Shown: positions 31,327-41,405, counted from the stretch's first letter. The stretch is 64,000 nucleotides of DNA from an uncultured delta proteobacterium (GCA_963848295.1 CAWKDB010000011.1:400963-464962); one strand, 5' to 3'. Notes: generated by a model not told the origin, from the letters alone. Made by a program: numbers and translations.

Positions 31327-32814
31327 TTACTCGAGGCGCTCGCGGCACGGAAAGTCGCAGTTCTTGCGGTGGCTGCAGTCGTACGCGCAGCCTGCGGCGA
31401 GCGCGAACAGCGCGAGCACCTCGTCGGCCGGCCCGGTCGGCACGAGCTTGCGGGCGGCCCGGCTCGAGATGACCAGCGCGGCGGCATCGCTCGCGTACGG
31501 CGTGGTCGTGAAGCCGAGCCGAAACAGCGTGTCGCGAACGATGCGATGCGGCGTGACCGTGAAGTCGGCGAGGTCGTCGTAGCGAATCACGCCGAGCCGC
31601 GCGAGCATGTCCATGATCCAGAACAGCTCGACGCGAAACAAGCCGCGACCGAGCGCGGTATCGAGCGCGGCGAACGCGGCGGCGGCCGAGCCCTTGCCGT
31701 CGAGACCCGCCGCGAGCTCCGGCGCTTCGGCGCAGCGCCGAGCCGCGAGCGACGCCAGCATCAGCGCGCGCGCATCGATCTGCGCGGGCAGCGTCTCGGG
31801 CACCGTCCCTTGGTAGAGGTCGGCGAGCACGCCGGCTTTGTCGAGCGCGGTGTAGGCGGCGATCACGCCGACGCGATCGCGGTCGAGCCGGAACGCGAGC
31901 GCCGATGCCACCGCGATGCGATAGAGCACTTCGTCGGCTTGCTCGACCCAGCTCTCGGCGTCGATCCCGAAGTCCGACGGCTGATAACCGAGCGGCTGCT
32001 GCTCGAACTCGCTCCACCACGCCCCGATCCGCGCTTGCGATTCGGCGAGCACGTCGTCGGGGAAGCCCGCGGCGAACCGCGAGGTCGCGACCGGGCGCTC
32101 GCGATTGCGCGGCGACGGCACACCGTCGGCAGATAACTGGCGCAACGGCGCCGGCAACGGCGAGCCCGAAGGCGCCGACGCCGCGACCGGGATCGAGTGC
32201 TCCGCCGGACCGACCTCGGCCGGGGCGGATTCTTCGTCGGCGACGGTGGGGATCACCGGCTCGGGCTCCGGCTTGTCCTCGGCGAGGAACTCGTCGACGT
32301 CGAGCGCCGCCGCGAGCTGCTGATAGCGATCGATGCGCGGGCCCGCCGCGACCGCGACCCCGACGGTGCGCAACAGGCCGCACGTCAGCGCGATCTGGAG
32401 CCACAGCTCGAGCCCGGGTCGCGACGGCACGACGCCGTGGTAGTGCGCCGACGCGAGGTGCTTGTAGACTTCGTCCTTGTGATACGCGCGCGTGCCGACG
32501 AGGTCGATGACGGTCTTGCCGAGCAACGCGTTGAGGTGCCACAGCCGGTCGAGCACGGCCGTCGCGATCGCGTCATCGTTCGCCGCGCCCGCGAGCTCCT
32601 GGGTGAACAGCGACGGCATGACGGTCGCGCCACCGACGCCAAGAAACCGGAGCAGCGCCGCCGGTCGCTCGCGATCCCACAGCTTCGCGGCGCGCAGCCG
32701 GCTGCGGAGCTCGCGATACGGCTCGCCCTTCGCGGGCAGCTCCTTGCAGACCTTGACGACGACCGGCAGCATCGTGCGCCAGTCGATCGGCGGCAGCTCG
32801 ATGACCTGAGGCAT
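31327..32814 (-). CDS. Hypothetical protein with a C-terminal Cys cluster
   Basis: Start trimmed to ATG 32814 (MPQVIELPP..), because the longer ORF would overlap lepB. Ends in CAYDCSHRKNCDFPC. No family recognised. Confidence 0.5.
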   Translation of the reverse strand: MPQVIELPPIDWRTMLPVVVKVCKELPAKGEPYRELRSRLRAAKLWDRERPAALLRFLGVGGATVMPSLFTQELAGAANDDAIATAVLDRLWHLNALLGKTVIDLVGTRAYHKDEVYKHLASAHYHGVVPSRPGLELWLQIALTCGLLRTVGVAVAAGPRIDRYQQLAAALDVDEFLAEDKPEPEPVIPTVADEESAPAEVGPAEHSIPVAASAPSGSPLPAPLRQLSADGVPSPRNRERPVATSRFAAGFPDDVLAESQARIGAWWSEFEQQPLGYQPSDFGIDAESWVEQADEVLYRIAVASALAFRLDRDRVGVIAAYTALDKAGVLADLYQGTVPETLPAQIDARALMLASLAARRCAEAPELAAGLDGKGSAAAAFAALDTALGRGLFRVELFWIMDMLARLGVIRYDDLADFTVTPHRIVRDTLFRLGFTTTPYASDAAALVISSRAARKLVPTGPADEVLALFALAAGCAYDCSHRKNCDFPCRERLE

Positions 32815-32902
32815 CGCGCCAAGATTACACGATCTATCGTTGGTAACCGCGGCGAGAGCCGGCGGATGGGCGGTGATCGATGTGCGATAATCCAGGCACG
32901 AC

Positions 32903-33937
32903 ATGCGAAGCCTGAAGCGGCTCGTCGGTGCGGCAGCGAGCGTGTTCGCGGTCGGGCTCGGCCAGGCGCTCGCTGGTCGCCGCCGCGCCGCGATCGTCTG
33001 GGCGCTCGCGCGCGTCGTGACCGCGGCACTCGCGATCGTCTCGGTGTGGTTCGGCGTGCTGTCGCTGACCATCGCGCTCGCCGGCGCGATCGATGCGTAC
33101 CAGTGCCTGACCAAGGCCGACCGCATCGAGCTCCTCGATCCGGTCGCGCTTGGCATCGTGCCGTTCACGATCGTGTCGGTGTTGGCGACCCACTGGTTCG
33201 TCGTCGAGGGCTACCGGATCCCGACGAGCTCGATGTATCCGACGCTGTGGCTCGAGGATCGGGTCTACGTCGACAAGCTGTCGCCGCGCTGGCATCCGCT
33301 CCAGCCGGGCGAGATCGTGGCGTTCGTCTATCCGTGCGATCACAGCGAGGACTACATCAAGCGCGTGATCGCGGTCGCCGGCGATCGCGTCGAGCTGCGC
33401 TGCAGCAAGCTCTACGTCAACGACCAGCTCGTCCCCGAGCGGCTCGTGAGCGAGAGCTACGACTACGAGGATCGCCGCGATGACGGCAACTGGATGACCG
33501 CGCACGCGAGCGAGTACCGCGAGAGCCTCGGCGGCCACGACTTCGACGTGCTGCTCGATCCGAGTCGACCGGCGCGCGATCGCCAGCTCGCCGCCGGCAA
33601 CTACTCGCAGCGAGCCCCGAACGACTTCCCGCTCCTGAACGGCAATCCGTTTCCGCCGAGCTGCCGCCGCACAGCAGAGCCCGGCGGCGCGCGCGAGCAA
33701 GTGCTCGGCAAGCTGATCGTGACCAAGCCCGCCGCCGTGGCGCAGCCGTGCGAGCTGCAAGCTCACTACGTCGTGCCCCCGGATTCGCTGTTCGTGCTCG
33801 GCGACAACCGCGCGAACTCGAACGACTCGCGGGTGTGGGGTGCGGTGCCGGTGGCGCTCGTGATCGGCCGGGTCACGTCGGTGTTCTGGCACGGCGGGCG
33901 CGGCAGCTCGTGGTCGCGCATCGGCAGCGTCGAGTAG
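32903..33937 (+). CDS. lepB: Signal peptidase I
   Basis: Catalytic Ser box IPTSSMYPTL, Lys box DYIKRVIAVAGDRV and the GDNRANSNDSRVWG box. Confidence 0.85.
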   Translation: MRSLKRLVGAAASVFAVGLGQALAGRRRAAIVWALARVVTAALAIVSVWFGVLSLTIALAGAIDAYQCLTKADRIELLDPVALGIVPFTIVSVLATHWFVVEGYRIPTSSMYPTLWLEDRVYVDKLSPRWHPLQPGEIVAFVYPCDHSEDYIKRVIAVAGDRVELRCSKLYVNDQLVPERLVSESYDYEDRRDDGNWMTAHASEYRESLGGHDFDVLLDPSRPARDRQLAAGNYSQRAPNDFPLLNGNPFPPSCRRTAEPGGAREQVLGKLIVTKPAAVAQPCELQAHYVVPPDSLFVLGDNRANSNDSRVWGAVPVALVIGRVTSVFWHGGRGSSWSRIGSVE

Positions 33938-34549
33938 TCAGGCCGCGCGCGTCCACGCGACGTGATGATCGTCGAACGCGTGGCGCCAGTCGCCGCCCCA
34001 TTCCCAGCCGAGCTCGTCGAACGCGGCGACGACCGGTCCCGGGCGCACGATCATGCCGGGGCGAATGTCGCGGCGATCGGCGAACGCGGCGCCGGCAGGC
34101 GGCTCGATGCGATCCGGCTTGCGCCACGGATTCTCGACCGGGTTGAGATCGATCGCGCGACCGAGCGCATGGGCCGACAGGACGGTCGTCCCGGCGACGA
34201 CGCGAAAGTTGAACGCCGACGAGTTGTCCGCCGCCATCGATGCATCGTCGGAGGCCGCGAAGTCATCGACCAGCCGGAGCGAACGGATCGGAAAGCCGAG
34301 CGTATACAACCGGCGGAACAACGTGACCGCGTGAGGCGCGATCGCGGCCGCGACGACGAGCTCGCCGCGCGCGACCCCGCCGTCCATCGCGACGTGATCG
34401 ACCGTGAGGTAGGCGAGCTGCGCGAAGTCCGGGCACCGCGCATCGTCGTCGCGATGCGAGACGCGCCGCATGCGCGCTCGCACCTCCTCGGGCACCGGCG
34501 ACACCGTCGCGGCGAAGGCTCGACTCGGCGGCGCGAATAACGCGCCCAC
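33938..34549 (-). CDS. M15-family (VanY/LAS-type) metallopeptidase, 5' boundary uncertain
   Basis: SAHALGRAIDLNP and GWEWGGDWRHAFDDHHV. GTG 34549 overlaps the TAG of the upstream ORF. The same frame stays open up to 34909 through the repeat (see findings). Confidence 0.6.
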   Translation of the reverse strand: MGALFAPPSRAFAATVSPVPEEVRARMRRVSHRDDDARCPDFAQLAYLTVDHVAMDGGVARGELVVAAAIAPHAVTLFRRLYTLGFPIRSLRLVDDFAASDDASMAADNSSAFNFRVVAGTTVLSAHALGRAIDLNPVENPWRKPDRIEPPAGAAFADRRDIRPGMIVRPGPVVAAFDELGWEWGGDWRHAFDDHHVAWTRAA

Positions 34550-35733
34550 TACTGGCTCGGCGATTCCGGATTCGCAGCCGGAGCCGGTGCCGTTCCCGCT
34601 GCCGCTGCCGTCCCCGATGCCGATGCCGGTGCCGTACCCGATGCCGATGCCGGTGCCGTACCCGATGCCGATGCCGGTGCCGTACCCGATGCCGATGCCG
34701 GTGCCGTACCCGATGCCGATGCCGCCGCCGCTGCCGGCTTCGCTGCCGCTGCCGTTCCCGCTGCCGCTGGCCGCGCAGCGATCGGCTGCGGCGGCGCGAT
34801 CGGCGGGAGATGGACGAGCGTCGCACTCCGCCGCATCGCGAACAGCGCGAACGGATGTTGTGGATGCGCGGTCGCGAACTTGTCGTACTCGCCGCGCGCC
34901 TTGCCCCACTGGCCGGCGCGATCGAGCACCGAAGCGAGCTGGAATCGCGCGTCGTCCTCGGCGACCTCGGCCGCGATCGCGGCATCGAGCTGGGTGATCG
35001 CCGCCGGCAGCTCATTGACCCGACTCCGCGCGACCCCGATCATGTAGTGCATCTCGGCGGCGCGTGGCCCGGTCGGCTCGATCGTCAACGCTTGTTCGAG
35101 CGGCGCGATCACTTCGCTGAACTTCTGCGCTTTGAATGCGGCGCTCGCCGTCTTCATCGCGGCGTCGACCGCGATCGTGCCGGCCTGCTTGACGCGTGCG
35201 ACGAGCAACTCGCGCTCGGGCTTCGGGATCGGCGCGCCGTCGAGCTCGCCGAGGCGCTTGGCGGCCTCGGTTCGCTTGCCCGCTTCGAGCAGCGAGTAGA
35301 GCTCGAGCACCTTGGCATCGGCCGCATCGCGCGCCACCGCGCGGGTCGTCGCTTCGTCCGCCCGCCGGACAGCCGCATCGCGCTCGCTCGCGGCCTTGTC
35401 GCGGCCATCGACCAGATCCGCCGCTCGGCTGCGATAGAGCAAGTATGCGCCCGACGCGCACAGCGTCGTGAACACGAGGTACGCGACGAACGAGTTGAGG
35501 TTGAGCCCACGCGTCCGCCGGCGCTGGACCTCGACGAGCGCTCCGATCGACTCGGCGAGTTGACTGACCTGGAGCTGGGTGCGCCGGGTCTGCGAGACCT
35601 GGTCATCGAGCTTGCGGCGCAAGCCATCGAGCAGCGCCCAGCCGTCGGCGTCGTCGTGCGCGCCCGGATCGGCCTCCGGCGCCCCTGCTGGACGAGGCTC
35701 GGGCTCGGGCTCGGGCCGGGCGGCGACGGTCAT
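34549..35733 (-). CDS. Membrane-anchored TPR-repeat protein with a low-complexity Ala/Pro/Ser tail
   Basis: Start trimmed to ATG 35733. TM FVAYLVFTTLCASGAYLLY followed by TPR-like helices. The C-terminal (GTAPASAS)n is encoded by the 24-nt repeat. Confidence 0.6.
   Translation of the reverse strand: MTVAARPEPEPEPRPAGAPEADPGAHDDADGWALLDGLRRKLDDQVSQTRRTQLQVSQLAESIGALVEVQRRRTRGLNLNSFVAYLVFTTLCASGAYLLYRSRAADLVDGRDKAASERDAAVRRADEATTRAVARDAADAKVLELYSLLEAGKRTEAAKRLGELDGAPIPKPERELLVARVKQAGTIAVDAAMKTASAAFKAQKFSEVIAPLEQALTIEPTGPRAAEMHYMIGVARSRVNELPAAITQLDAAIAAEVAEDDARFQLASVLDRAGQWGKARGEYDKFATAHPQHPFALFAMRRSATLVHLPPIAPPQPIAARPAAAGTAAAAKPAAAAASASGTAPASASGTAPASASGTAPASASGTAPASASGTAAAAGTAPAPAANPESPSQ
34614..34725. 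repeat. 24-nt tandem repeat CCGATGCCGATGCCGGTGCCGTAC, about 4.6 copies
   Basis: Read directly. The hexamer family is the reverse complement of the CATCGG array at 40.2 kb. Confidence 0.9.
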
Positions 35734-35844
35734 CGCCCGTTCGTGCCCGGAAACCGCTGCCAAATCAAGCGCTCCGTTCGCATTGAGCACCCCCGTCGAG
35801 CCTGCTATGGTGCGCCGGCCCGAGTCTGCCTCGGGCGAGTTGAC

Positions 35845-37380
35845 ATGACCCTGCTCTACGACTGGCTGAAGAAGGCCGCAAAGGCCCAAGGCAACAACAA
35901 GGCCGTCGTCTACCGGGACAACTACCTGTCGTGGCGCGGCTTGCTCCACCGCGTCGATCGCCGCGCGCAAGAGTTCAAGAGCATGGGGATCAAAGAGGGC
36001 GCGTGGGTCGGGCTGATGCTCGGCAACGTCCCCGACTTCGTGATCCTCGCGCTCGCGCTGTCGAAGCTCGAGGCGACGATCGTCCCGATCGACCCGACGA
36101 CCGGTGGGCGCGAGCTCGAGCTGATCCTCGCCGCCGCGCCGTTGCGCGCACTGGTCACTCGTCCGCGCGGTAGCGAAGGCTCGATCAGCGCGAACGGGAC
36201 GAGCGCCCCGGTGCCGCCGTCGACCCTGCCTCGCGCTCGCGTCTCACGCCCGACCTCGCCACTCCCCGGCGTGCCCACGGTCGTGCCGTCCGCCGATGCC
36301 GCCGAGGTTCGCCGCCGCCTACAAGGCACGCTGCTGACGTGCTCGGTCTACAAGCGCAGCCCGCCCGATCACGGCGTCGATCCGATCGCCGTGCTGTTCA
36401 CCGCCGATTCGCTCGGCGACCCCAAGGGGGTGCTGCGCACCGACAAGAACACGATCGCGGCGGTCGACCACGCGATCGCCGCGCTCGCGATGACGACCAA
36501 GACCAAGGTGTTGGTCGCGATGCCGCTGTTCCACGCCTACGGCTGGGACCTCGGCTTCCTCCCGACGCTCAAGCTCGGCTCGTCGATGTTCCTCGAAGAA
36601 GAGGTCTCGGCCCGCCGGATCGGCAAGCTCGTCCGCGAGCACGACGTCGACGTGTTGCCCGGCACGCCTGCGATGTACGCCGAGCTCGCGAAGCTGCCGA
36701 CCGCGAAGAAGATCGAGGTCGCGAACCCGAAGTACATCTCCGCGGGCAGCCGGCTCGATCAGAGCGTCGCCGACATGTTCCTCGCCGAGTACGGCGTCAA
36801 GATCCTCAGCTGCTACCACTCGACCGAGGCCGCGACGGTCGCGCTCGACGACACCGGCAAGTACCCGACCACGGTCGGCAAGCCGATCGATGGCGTCGAA
36901 GTGAAGATCACGTCGCCCGATGGCAAAGCTGCCGGCGCGAAAGAGGGCCAGATCTGGGTCAGGAGCAAGACCCTGTCGCCGAAGTCGATCGGGCCGTTCG
37001 ACGGCGAGGACAAGCCGACGACCCGCGCGTCCGGGATGGTCGCGATCGGCGCGATCGACAAGGCGGGCTGGCTCCGCACCGGCGACCTCGGCAAGATCGA
37101 CAAGAACGGCCGGCTCGCGATCACCGGTCGCGAGGACGATGTCGTCAAGGTCGACGGCAAGCGCGTCGCGCTCGGCGAGGTCGAGGGCTGCCTCGAGTCA
37201 TTCCCGAAGATCAAGGCCGCGCAGGCAACGGTCGTCACCGATCCGATGGCGGGCGCGATGGTCGTCGCGCGTGTCGTGATGAAGACGAAGTGCGGCGCCG
37301 AAGAGATCATCGATCACTGCGCGCGCAACCTGGCGCCGTACAAAGTGCCGCGTCGCATCGAGTTCTGCGAAGCGATCTGA
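35845..37380 (+). CDS. AMP-dependent synthetase/ligase (acyl-CoA synthetase-like)
   Basis: Start trimmed to ATG 35845. Adenylation-family blocks are present (..SLGDPKGVL.., GWLRTGDLG, PYKVPRRIEF). Confidence 0.8.
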   Translation: MTLLYDWLKKAAKAQGNNKAVVYRDNYLSWRGLLHRVDRRAQEFKSMGIKEGAWVGLMLGNVPDFVILALALSKLEATIVPIDPTTGGRELELILAAAPLRALVTRPRGSEGSISANGTSAPVPPSTLPRARVSRPTSPLPGVPTVVPSADAAEVRRRLQGTLLTCSVYKRSPPDHGVDPIAVLFTADSLGDPKGVLRTDKNTIAAVDHAIAALAMTTKTKVLVAMPLFHAYGWDLGFLPTLKLGSSMFLEEEVSARRIGKLVREHDVDVLPGTPAMYAELAKLPTAKKIEVANPKYISAGSRLDQSVADMFLAEYGVKILSCYHSTEAATVALDDTGKYPTTVGKPIDGVEVKITSPDGKAAGAKEGQIWVRSKTLSPKSIGPFDGEDKPTTRASGMVAIGAIDKAGWLRTGDLGKIDKNGRLAITGREDDVVKVDGKRVALGEVEGCLESFPKIKAAQATVVTDPMAGAMVVARVVMKTKCGAEEIIDHCARNLAPYKVPRRIEFCEAI

Positions 37381-37413
37381 TCGCCGGCCTGAGGACGATC
37401 GAATGCCCGCGAT

Positions 37414-37743
37414 TTATTGCGGGTGGGGAAACAGATCATTCATCTGCTTGACGCAGTTGCGATAGTCGCTGCAGCCCTGGTCGGTCGTCGGAAGTCGATC
37501 GGCGCAGTTCGCAAGCGAACGGATGCGTGCCCACGACCGCGCCGTGTCTTTGTCGACCGGGTGATCGGGTGAGCCTTTGAAGGCGCCGGTGCACTGGCCG
37601 ACCAACTCGGCCGGGCTGTCACCGCCCGACGCGAAGCAGTAGTCGAGGAGCTTGGCAAAGTGCTGGCAGGTCTTCGTGCGATCGGGCGGATCCGGCGTGC
37701 AGGCGACGAGCGCGCAAGCCAGGACGACCGCGTAGATTCTCAT
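37414..37743 (-). CDS. Small Cys-containing lipoprotein
   Basis: Lipobox LVACTP. 109 aa. Confidence 0.5.
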   Translation of the reverse strand: MRIYAVVLACALVACTPDPPDRTKTCQHFAKLLDYCFASGGDSPAELVGQCTGAFKGSPDHPVDKDTARSWARIRSLANCADRLPTTDQGCSDYRNCVKQMNDLFPHPQ

Positions 37744-37752
37744 TCCCGGAGT

Positions 37753-38439
37753 CTAATTGATGACGACGAGCTCGCCGGCGTCGTGGCCGCAGAACCTCGC
37801 GTTGAGATCGTACTTCGCGCCGCACACGGGACAGATCCGCGCGACGACGCCCGCCGGCTCGGTCGCACCGCGCTTGCGCGGTCGAGTCGCGTGATAGACC
37901 GCAAACGCGACGAGCTCGGTGCCATCGTGCGGACACTCTCGCAGCCCGTGCTCGAACGCGCGGCGACACGCCAGGCAGACGAGGCCAGCGCTCTTGCCGA
38001 GCGCGAGCGAGCGCAACGGACTGCCGAGCAGATCGGTCGGAGTGACCAGTCGGCGCGCGTCGCGCGTGCAGTACGTCATGCCGTGATACTCGACGCGGCA
38101 CGTCGGACACACCATGGCGCCTGACGATGTCGTCGGTGCCGACGCGACGACGGCCAAGCCGCCGCCGCCACCACCGCCGCGCACCATCTGCGGTCGCGTA
38201 CGTGGCCGCGGAGGTGGCGGTGACGCAACCGCGGCGACTTGCTGTGGCGGCGGCGCCTCGACCGCGGCCGGTGCGGCGTGACCGCGGCGGCGAAGGATCA
38301 CCGCCATCGCGACGAGCCCGACGATCACGAGCGCGAGCAGTCCGATGACGGCGAGGAGCAACGGCTCCGCAGTCAACAGCGTCGCCGAAGCGAATCCGGA
38401 AATCACAACTCCTGCCTCTGCAAAGGCTAGCAACCGCAA
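37753..38439 (-). CDS. Membrane protein with zinc-ribbon repeats
   Basis: TM segment, Pro/Gly-rich linker, then CPTC..C, CLAC..C and CPVC..C pairs. Confidence 0.5.
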   Translation of the reverse strand: MRLLAFAEAGVVISGFASATLLTAEPLLLAVIGLLALVIVGLVAMAVILRRRGHAAPAAVEAPPPQQVAAVASPPPPRPRTRPQMVRGGGGGGGLAVVASAPTTSSGAMVCPTCRVEYHGMTYCTRDARRLVTPTDLLGSPLRSLALGKSAGLVCLACRRAFEHGLRECPHDGTELVAFAVYHATRPRKRGATEPAGVVARICPVCGAKYDLNARFCGHDAGELVVIN

Positions 38440-38491
38440 TTCTGTCGGTCAACGCGCATGTTTGTCGGTCGACGAGGTACTACCTCGCCGC

Positions 38492-40195
38492 ATGCCCGAC
38501 CTCGTGATCGGCGGTCGACGCGCCGCGCCGGTGCGCCCATGGCGCGCTGCGGTGATCGGCATCGCGCTCCTCGGGGTCGCAGTCGTCGTCGCGTGGTTCA
38601 TCTATCGCAGATCGGTCGCCTACGACATTCCCGGAGGTGAGGTCAGCGGCGAGCTTACGGTGACCGCACCCTCGGCGGGGGCGCTTGCCCGGGTCGCGTT
38701 CGGGGCCTCGTCGCTCGAGTGGGTCGGGGGCATCCCGGTGCTGCGTGCAACCGGTGATGCCCACGCGATCGGTGCCGCCCAGGGCCGGCTGCTCGCGCCC
38801 CTGCTGGCTGCGGTGGTTCGGGCGCATCAGGCATCGATCGAGGGCACGGTCGCCGATGATGGCCTCCTCGGTGGCACGACCCACCACATGCGGCTCAACT
38901 GGCGCTGGCGGTTTGTCGACGACGGCGTGTCCGACTCCGACCGTCGGATGGTCGCCGGCTTGATGCGAGGCGCCGCGGCGAGCGGCGTGTCGCTCTCGTT
39001 CGACGACCTGCTGCGCGACCAGGCGGTGCTCGACATCGGGGTGCCGTCGCCAGCGAGCTCCGAGACCGAGGAGCGTAGCCTCGCTCACAGCCTGACGGTG
39101 ATTGCACAACAAGCGCAAGCACCGGCCCGCGTCTGGATCGGCCGCAGCTTCTCGCTGAGCGGGCTCGACGACGGCGGCGACAACGAGATCCCGCTGGTCG
39201 AGATCGCCCATCCAGCCGGCAAGATCGCGTGGGCGACCGTCGGGTGGCCAGGAGAGATCGGCGCCGTGACCGGGATCAACGCCGAAGGCATCGCGGTCAT
39301 GGTTCATCCGACGCGCACGGGCGATGTCCGCCCGACGCGCGACGCGAGACCGATCGCCATGCTCGCGCGCGCCGTGCTCGAGCAGGCCAAGACGCTCGAT
39401 CAGGCGATCGCCTTGATCGAGCAAACGCCGACCCTTGGCGCGGCCGCGTTTGTCGTGGTCGACGGCGCCTCCGGCAAATGGTTGCGCGTCGAACGCACGC
39501 CGAGCAAAGCGATCGTCGAACGCGCACCGAAGTCGCCCGCGATCGGCGATGTGCTCGAGACCAACGCGCTCGCGTCGGATCCGGAGAACGACCGCGCTAG
39601 GCGAATGCTCGCGACTGTTCCGCGGGTCGCACGCGCGGCGCGGCTCGTGCGTGCTCCTCTTCCCGACGTCGAGGCGATGGCGGCGATCCTGCGCGATACC
39701 CGGGGCGACGCCGACGCACCCCGTCCGGCCGGACATCGCGGCACGATCGATGACGGTCGCGCCGTCCACGTCGCGATCTTCGATCCGACGTCGCTCGAGT
39801 TATGGGTCGCGGACCCGCGCGCCGGCGGACGATTTCGCGGGTTCGATCTGCGCCACGAGCTACGCGGCGAAGGCGATCGCGCCGCGCCGCCCGCAGACAT
39901 TCCGCCCGATCCGGCCGCGGACCCGGACCGACGCGCCGACCTCGTCGCCGCACGCGCCGATCTGCGCGACGCTCGCGCTGCGCTCGTTCGCGGTGACGAC
40001 GAGCTCGCAGCCGAGGCTTGTGCGCGCGCACTCGCGCGGCAGCCGCAGCTGCCGGAGGCGCTGGAGCTGGCCGGCCAGATCGCGGCCGAACGCGGCGACA
40101 ACGCCCGCGCGCGGGCGCTGTATCAGCAATGGCTGGACGGCGGAGCCGATGATCCGCATGGCGAAGAGCGAGCACGCGCGCTCCTCGGCCGCTGA
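38492..40195 (+). CDS. C45/Ntn-hydrolase-like protein with a C-terminal TPR region
   Basis: Start trimmed to ATG 38492, with an N-terminal TM. VGWPGEIGAVTGINAEGIAV resembles the C45 acyltransferase family (from memory). TPR-like C-terminus. Confidence 0.5.
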   Translation: MPDLVIGGRRAAPVRPWRAAVIGIALLGVAVVVAWFIYRRSVAYDIPGGEVSGELTVTAPSAGALARVAFGASSLEWVGGIPVLRATGDAHAIGAAQGRLLAPLLAAVVRAHQASIEGTVADDGLLGGTTHHMRLNWRWRFVDDGVSDSDRRMVAGLMRGAAASGVSLSFDDLLRDQAVLDIGVPSPASSETEERSLAHSLTVIAQQAQAPARVWIGRSFSLSGLDDGGDNEIPLVEIAHPAGKIAWATVGWPGEIGAVTGINAEGIAVMVHPTRTGDVRPTRDARPIAMLARAVLEQAKTLDQAIALIEQTPTLGAAAFVVVDGASGKWLRVERTPSKAIVERAPKSPAIGDVLETNALASDPENDRARRMLATVPRVARAARLVRAPLPDVEAMAAILRDTRGDADAPRPAGHRGTIDDGRAVHVAIFDPTSLELWVADPRAGGRFRGFDLRHELRGEGDRAAPPADIPPDPAADPDRRADLVAARADLRDARAALVRGDDELAAEACARALARQPQLPEALELAGQIAAERGDNARARALYQQWLDGGADDPHGEERARALLGR

Positions 40196-40200
40196 CCAAC

Positions 40201-40439
40201 CATCGGCATCGGCATCGGCATCGGCATCGGCATCGGCATCGGCATCGGCATCGGCATCGGCATCGGCATCGGCATCGGCATCGGCATCGATCGCATCGCG
40301 CATCGGCATCGGCATCGGCATCGGCATCGGCATCGCCATCGCCATCGGCATCGGCATCGGCATCGGCATCGGCATCGGCATCGGCAGCGGCATCGGCATC
40401 GGCAGCGGCAACGGCGTCGGCAGCGGCAGCGGCAGCGGC
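40201..40439. repeat. Hexanucleotide microsatellite: (CATCGG)14 perfect, then interrupted CATCGG/CATCGC/CAGCGG variants
   Basis: Read directly. Begins 6 nt after the stop at 40195. Confidence 0.95.
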
Positions 40440-40487
40440 TTGTTTGACTCCCGCAAAGGCTGCCGGATTCAGCGCCGGCGCGCGCGC

Positions 40488-40808
40488 TCACCGCGTGAGC
40501 CTGAACAGCATCGCGCGAACGCGATCGAGTGGCGCCTCGATCGCGGCGAAGTCCTCGGCGGTGATGTAACCGCGCGCCTTCGCGATGAGCAGCGCGGTCG
40601 ACAGCTCGCGCGCGCTGCCGAAGGCGCGGCGGAACATGTCGGGCCGATCGAGGCCGGCGCGTGCGCTCGCTTCGGCGATGTTGAGGGCCACGCTCTCGGC
40701 GGCGCGGCCGATCTCGTCGGCGAGCGACTTGCGGCGAGCCCGAAGCTTCGGCTCGATCGGAGCGAGCTGTTCGAGGACGGTGAGCGACTGAGCGAGGACG
40801 TCGAGCAT
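40488..40808 (-). CDS. Four-helix-bundle protein (23S rRNA IVS protein / Avd family), copy 1
   Basis: Start trimmed to ATG 40808. [41 protein letters not shown] fits the family pattern (Q/E)xxRAxxSIxxNIAEG..GSxxE. Confidence 0.8.
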   Translation of the reverse strand: MLDVLAQSLTVLEQLAPIEPKLRARRKSLADEIGRAAESVALNIAEASARAGLDRPDMFRRAFGSARELSTALLIAKARGYITAEDFAAIEAPLDRVRAMLFRLTR

Positions 40809-40847
40809 TGGCGTGGCCTTTCGTGGATGAGCGGCGCACCGATTCGC

Positions 40848-41015
40848 CGGGGCCGTCTCGCCCGTCGCGCCGCACTCGCGCCGGCGCCGTGACGAGCGCG
40901 GGCACAAATCTCCGCACGCGTCGGTCGATCCAACTCTGCGGCGGTCGTTCGCACGCGTCGGTGGCCTCGGCGCTCGGCGCGGCGCTGGCGCGAAGCGGCG
41001 CAGGGCGACGGCCCC
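40848..41015 (-). other. Extended hairpin (about 38 bp of stem) directly upstream of four-helix-bundle copy 1
   Basis: Arms at 40979-41015 and 40848-40889 pair with one mismatch and a few bulges. Homologous to the element at 41230-41405. Confidence 0.6.
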
Positions 41016-41041
41016 GGCGATCGGAAGCCGCGAGGGCCGAG

Positions 41042-41198
<157 letters not shown>

Positions 41199-41229
41199 AC
41201 TCGACGCTCACTCGCTCGCGCCGATGAGC

Positions 41230-41405
41230 GGAACGTCTCTCTCGCCCTGCGCCGCTTCGCGCGGGTCCCGCGCCGAGCGCCGAGTGCGCCGGCGTCTGCG
41301 ATCGACCGCCGCGGAGTTGATCGGCCGGCGATTGCGGTGGTCAGCGCCCGCGCTCGTCACGGGACCCGCGCGAGTGCGGCGCGACGGGCGAGAGAGAGAC
41401 GTTCC
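41230..41405 (+). other. Extended hairpin (about 41 bp of stem) directly upstream of four-helix-bundle copy 2
   Basis: GGAACGTCTCTCTCGCCCTGCGCCGCTTCGCGCGGGTCCCG pairs with CGGGACCCGCGCGAGTGCGGCGCGACGGGCGAGAGAGAGACGTTCC. GGAGGA lies 7 nt before ATG 41438. Confidence 0.6.

Noticed and set aside
40193-40290. The (GGC-ATC)n repeat is in frame with the C45/TPR gene directly after its TGA, which could suggest stop-codon readthrough adding a (GI)n tail.
   Set aside because: A 15-nt interruption at about 40288-40302 changes the hexamer phase, so the same frame then reads (HR)n. The TPR protein also looks complete at the TGA.
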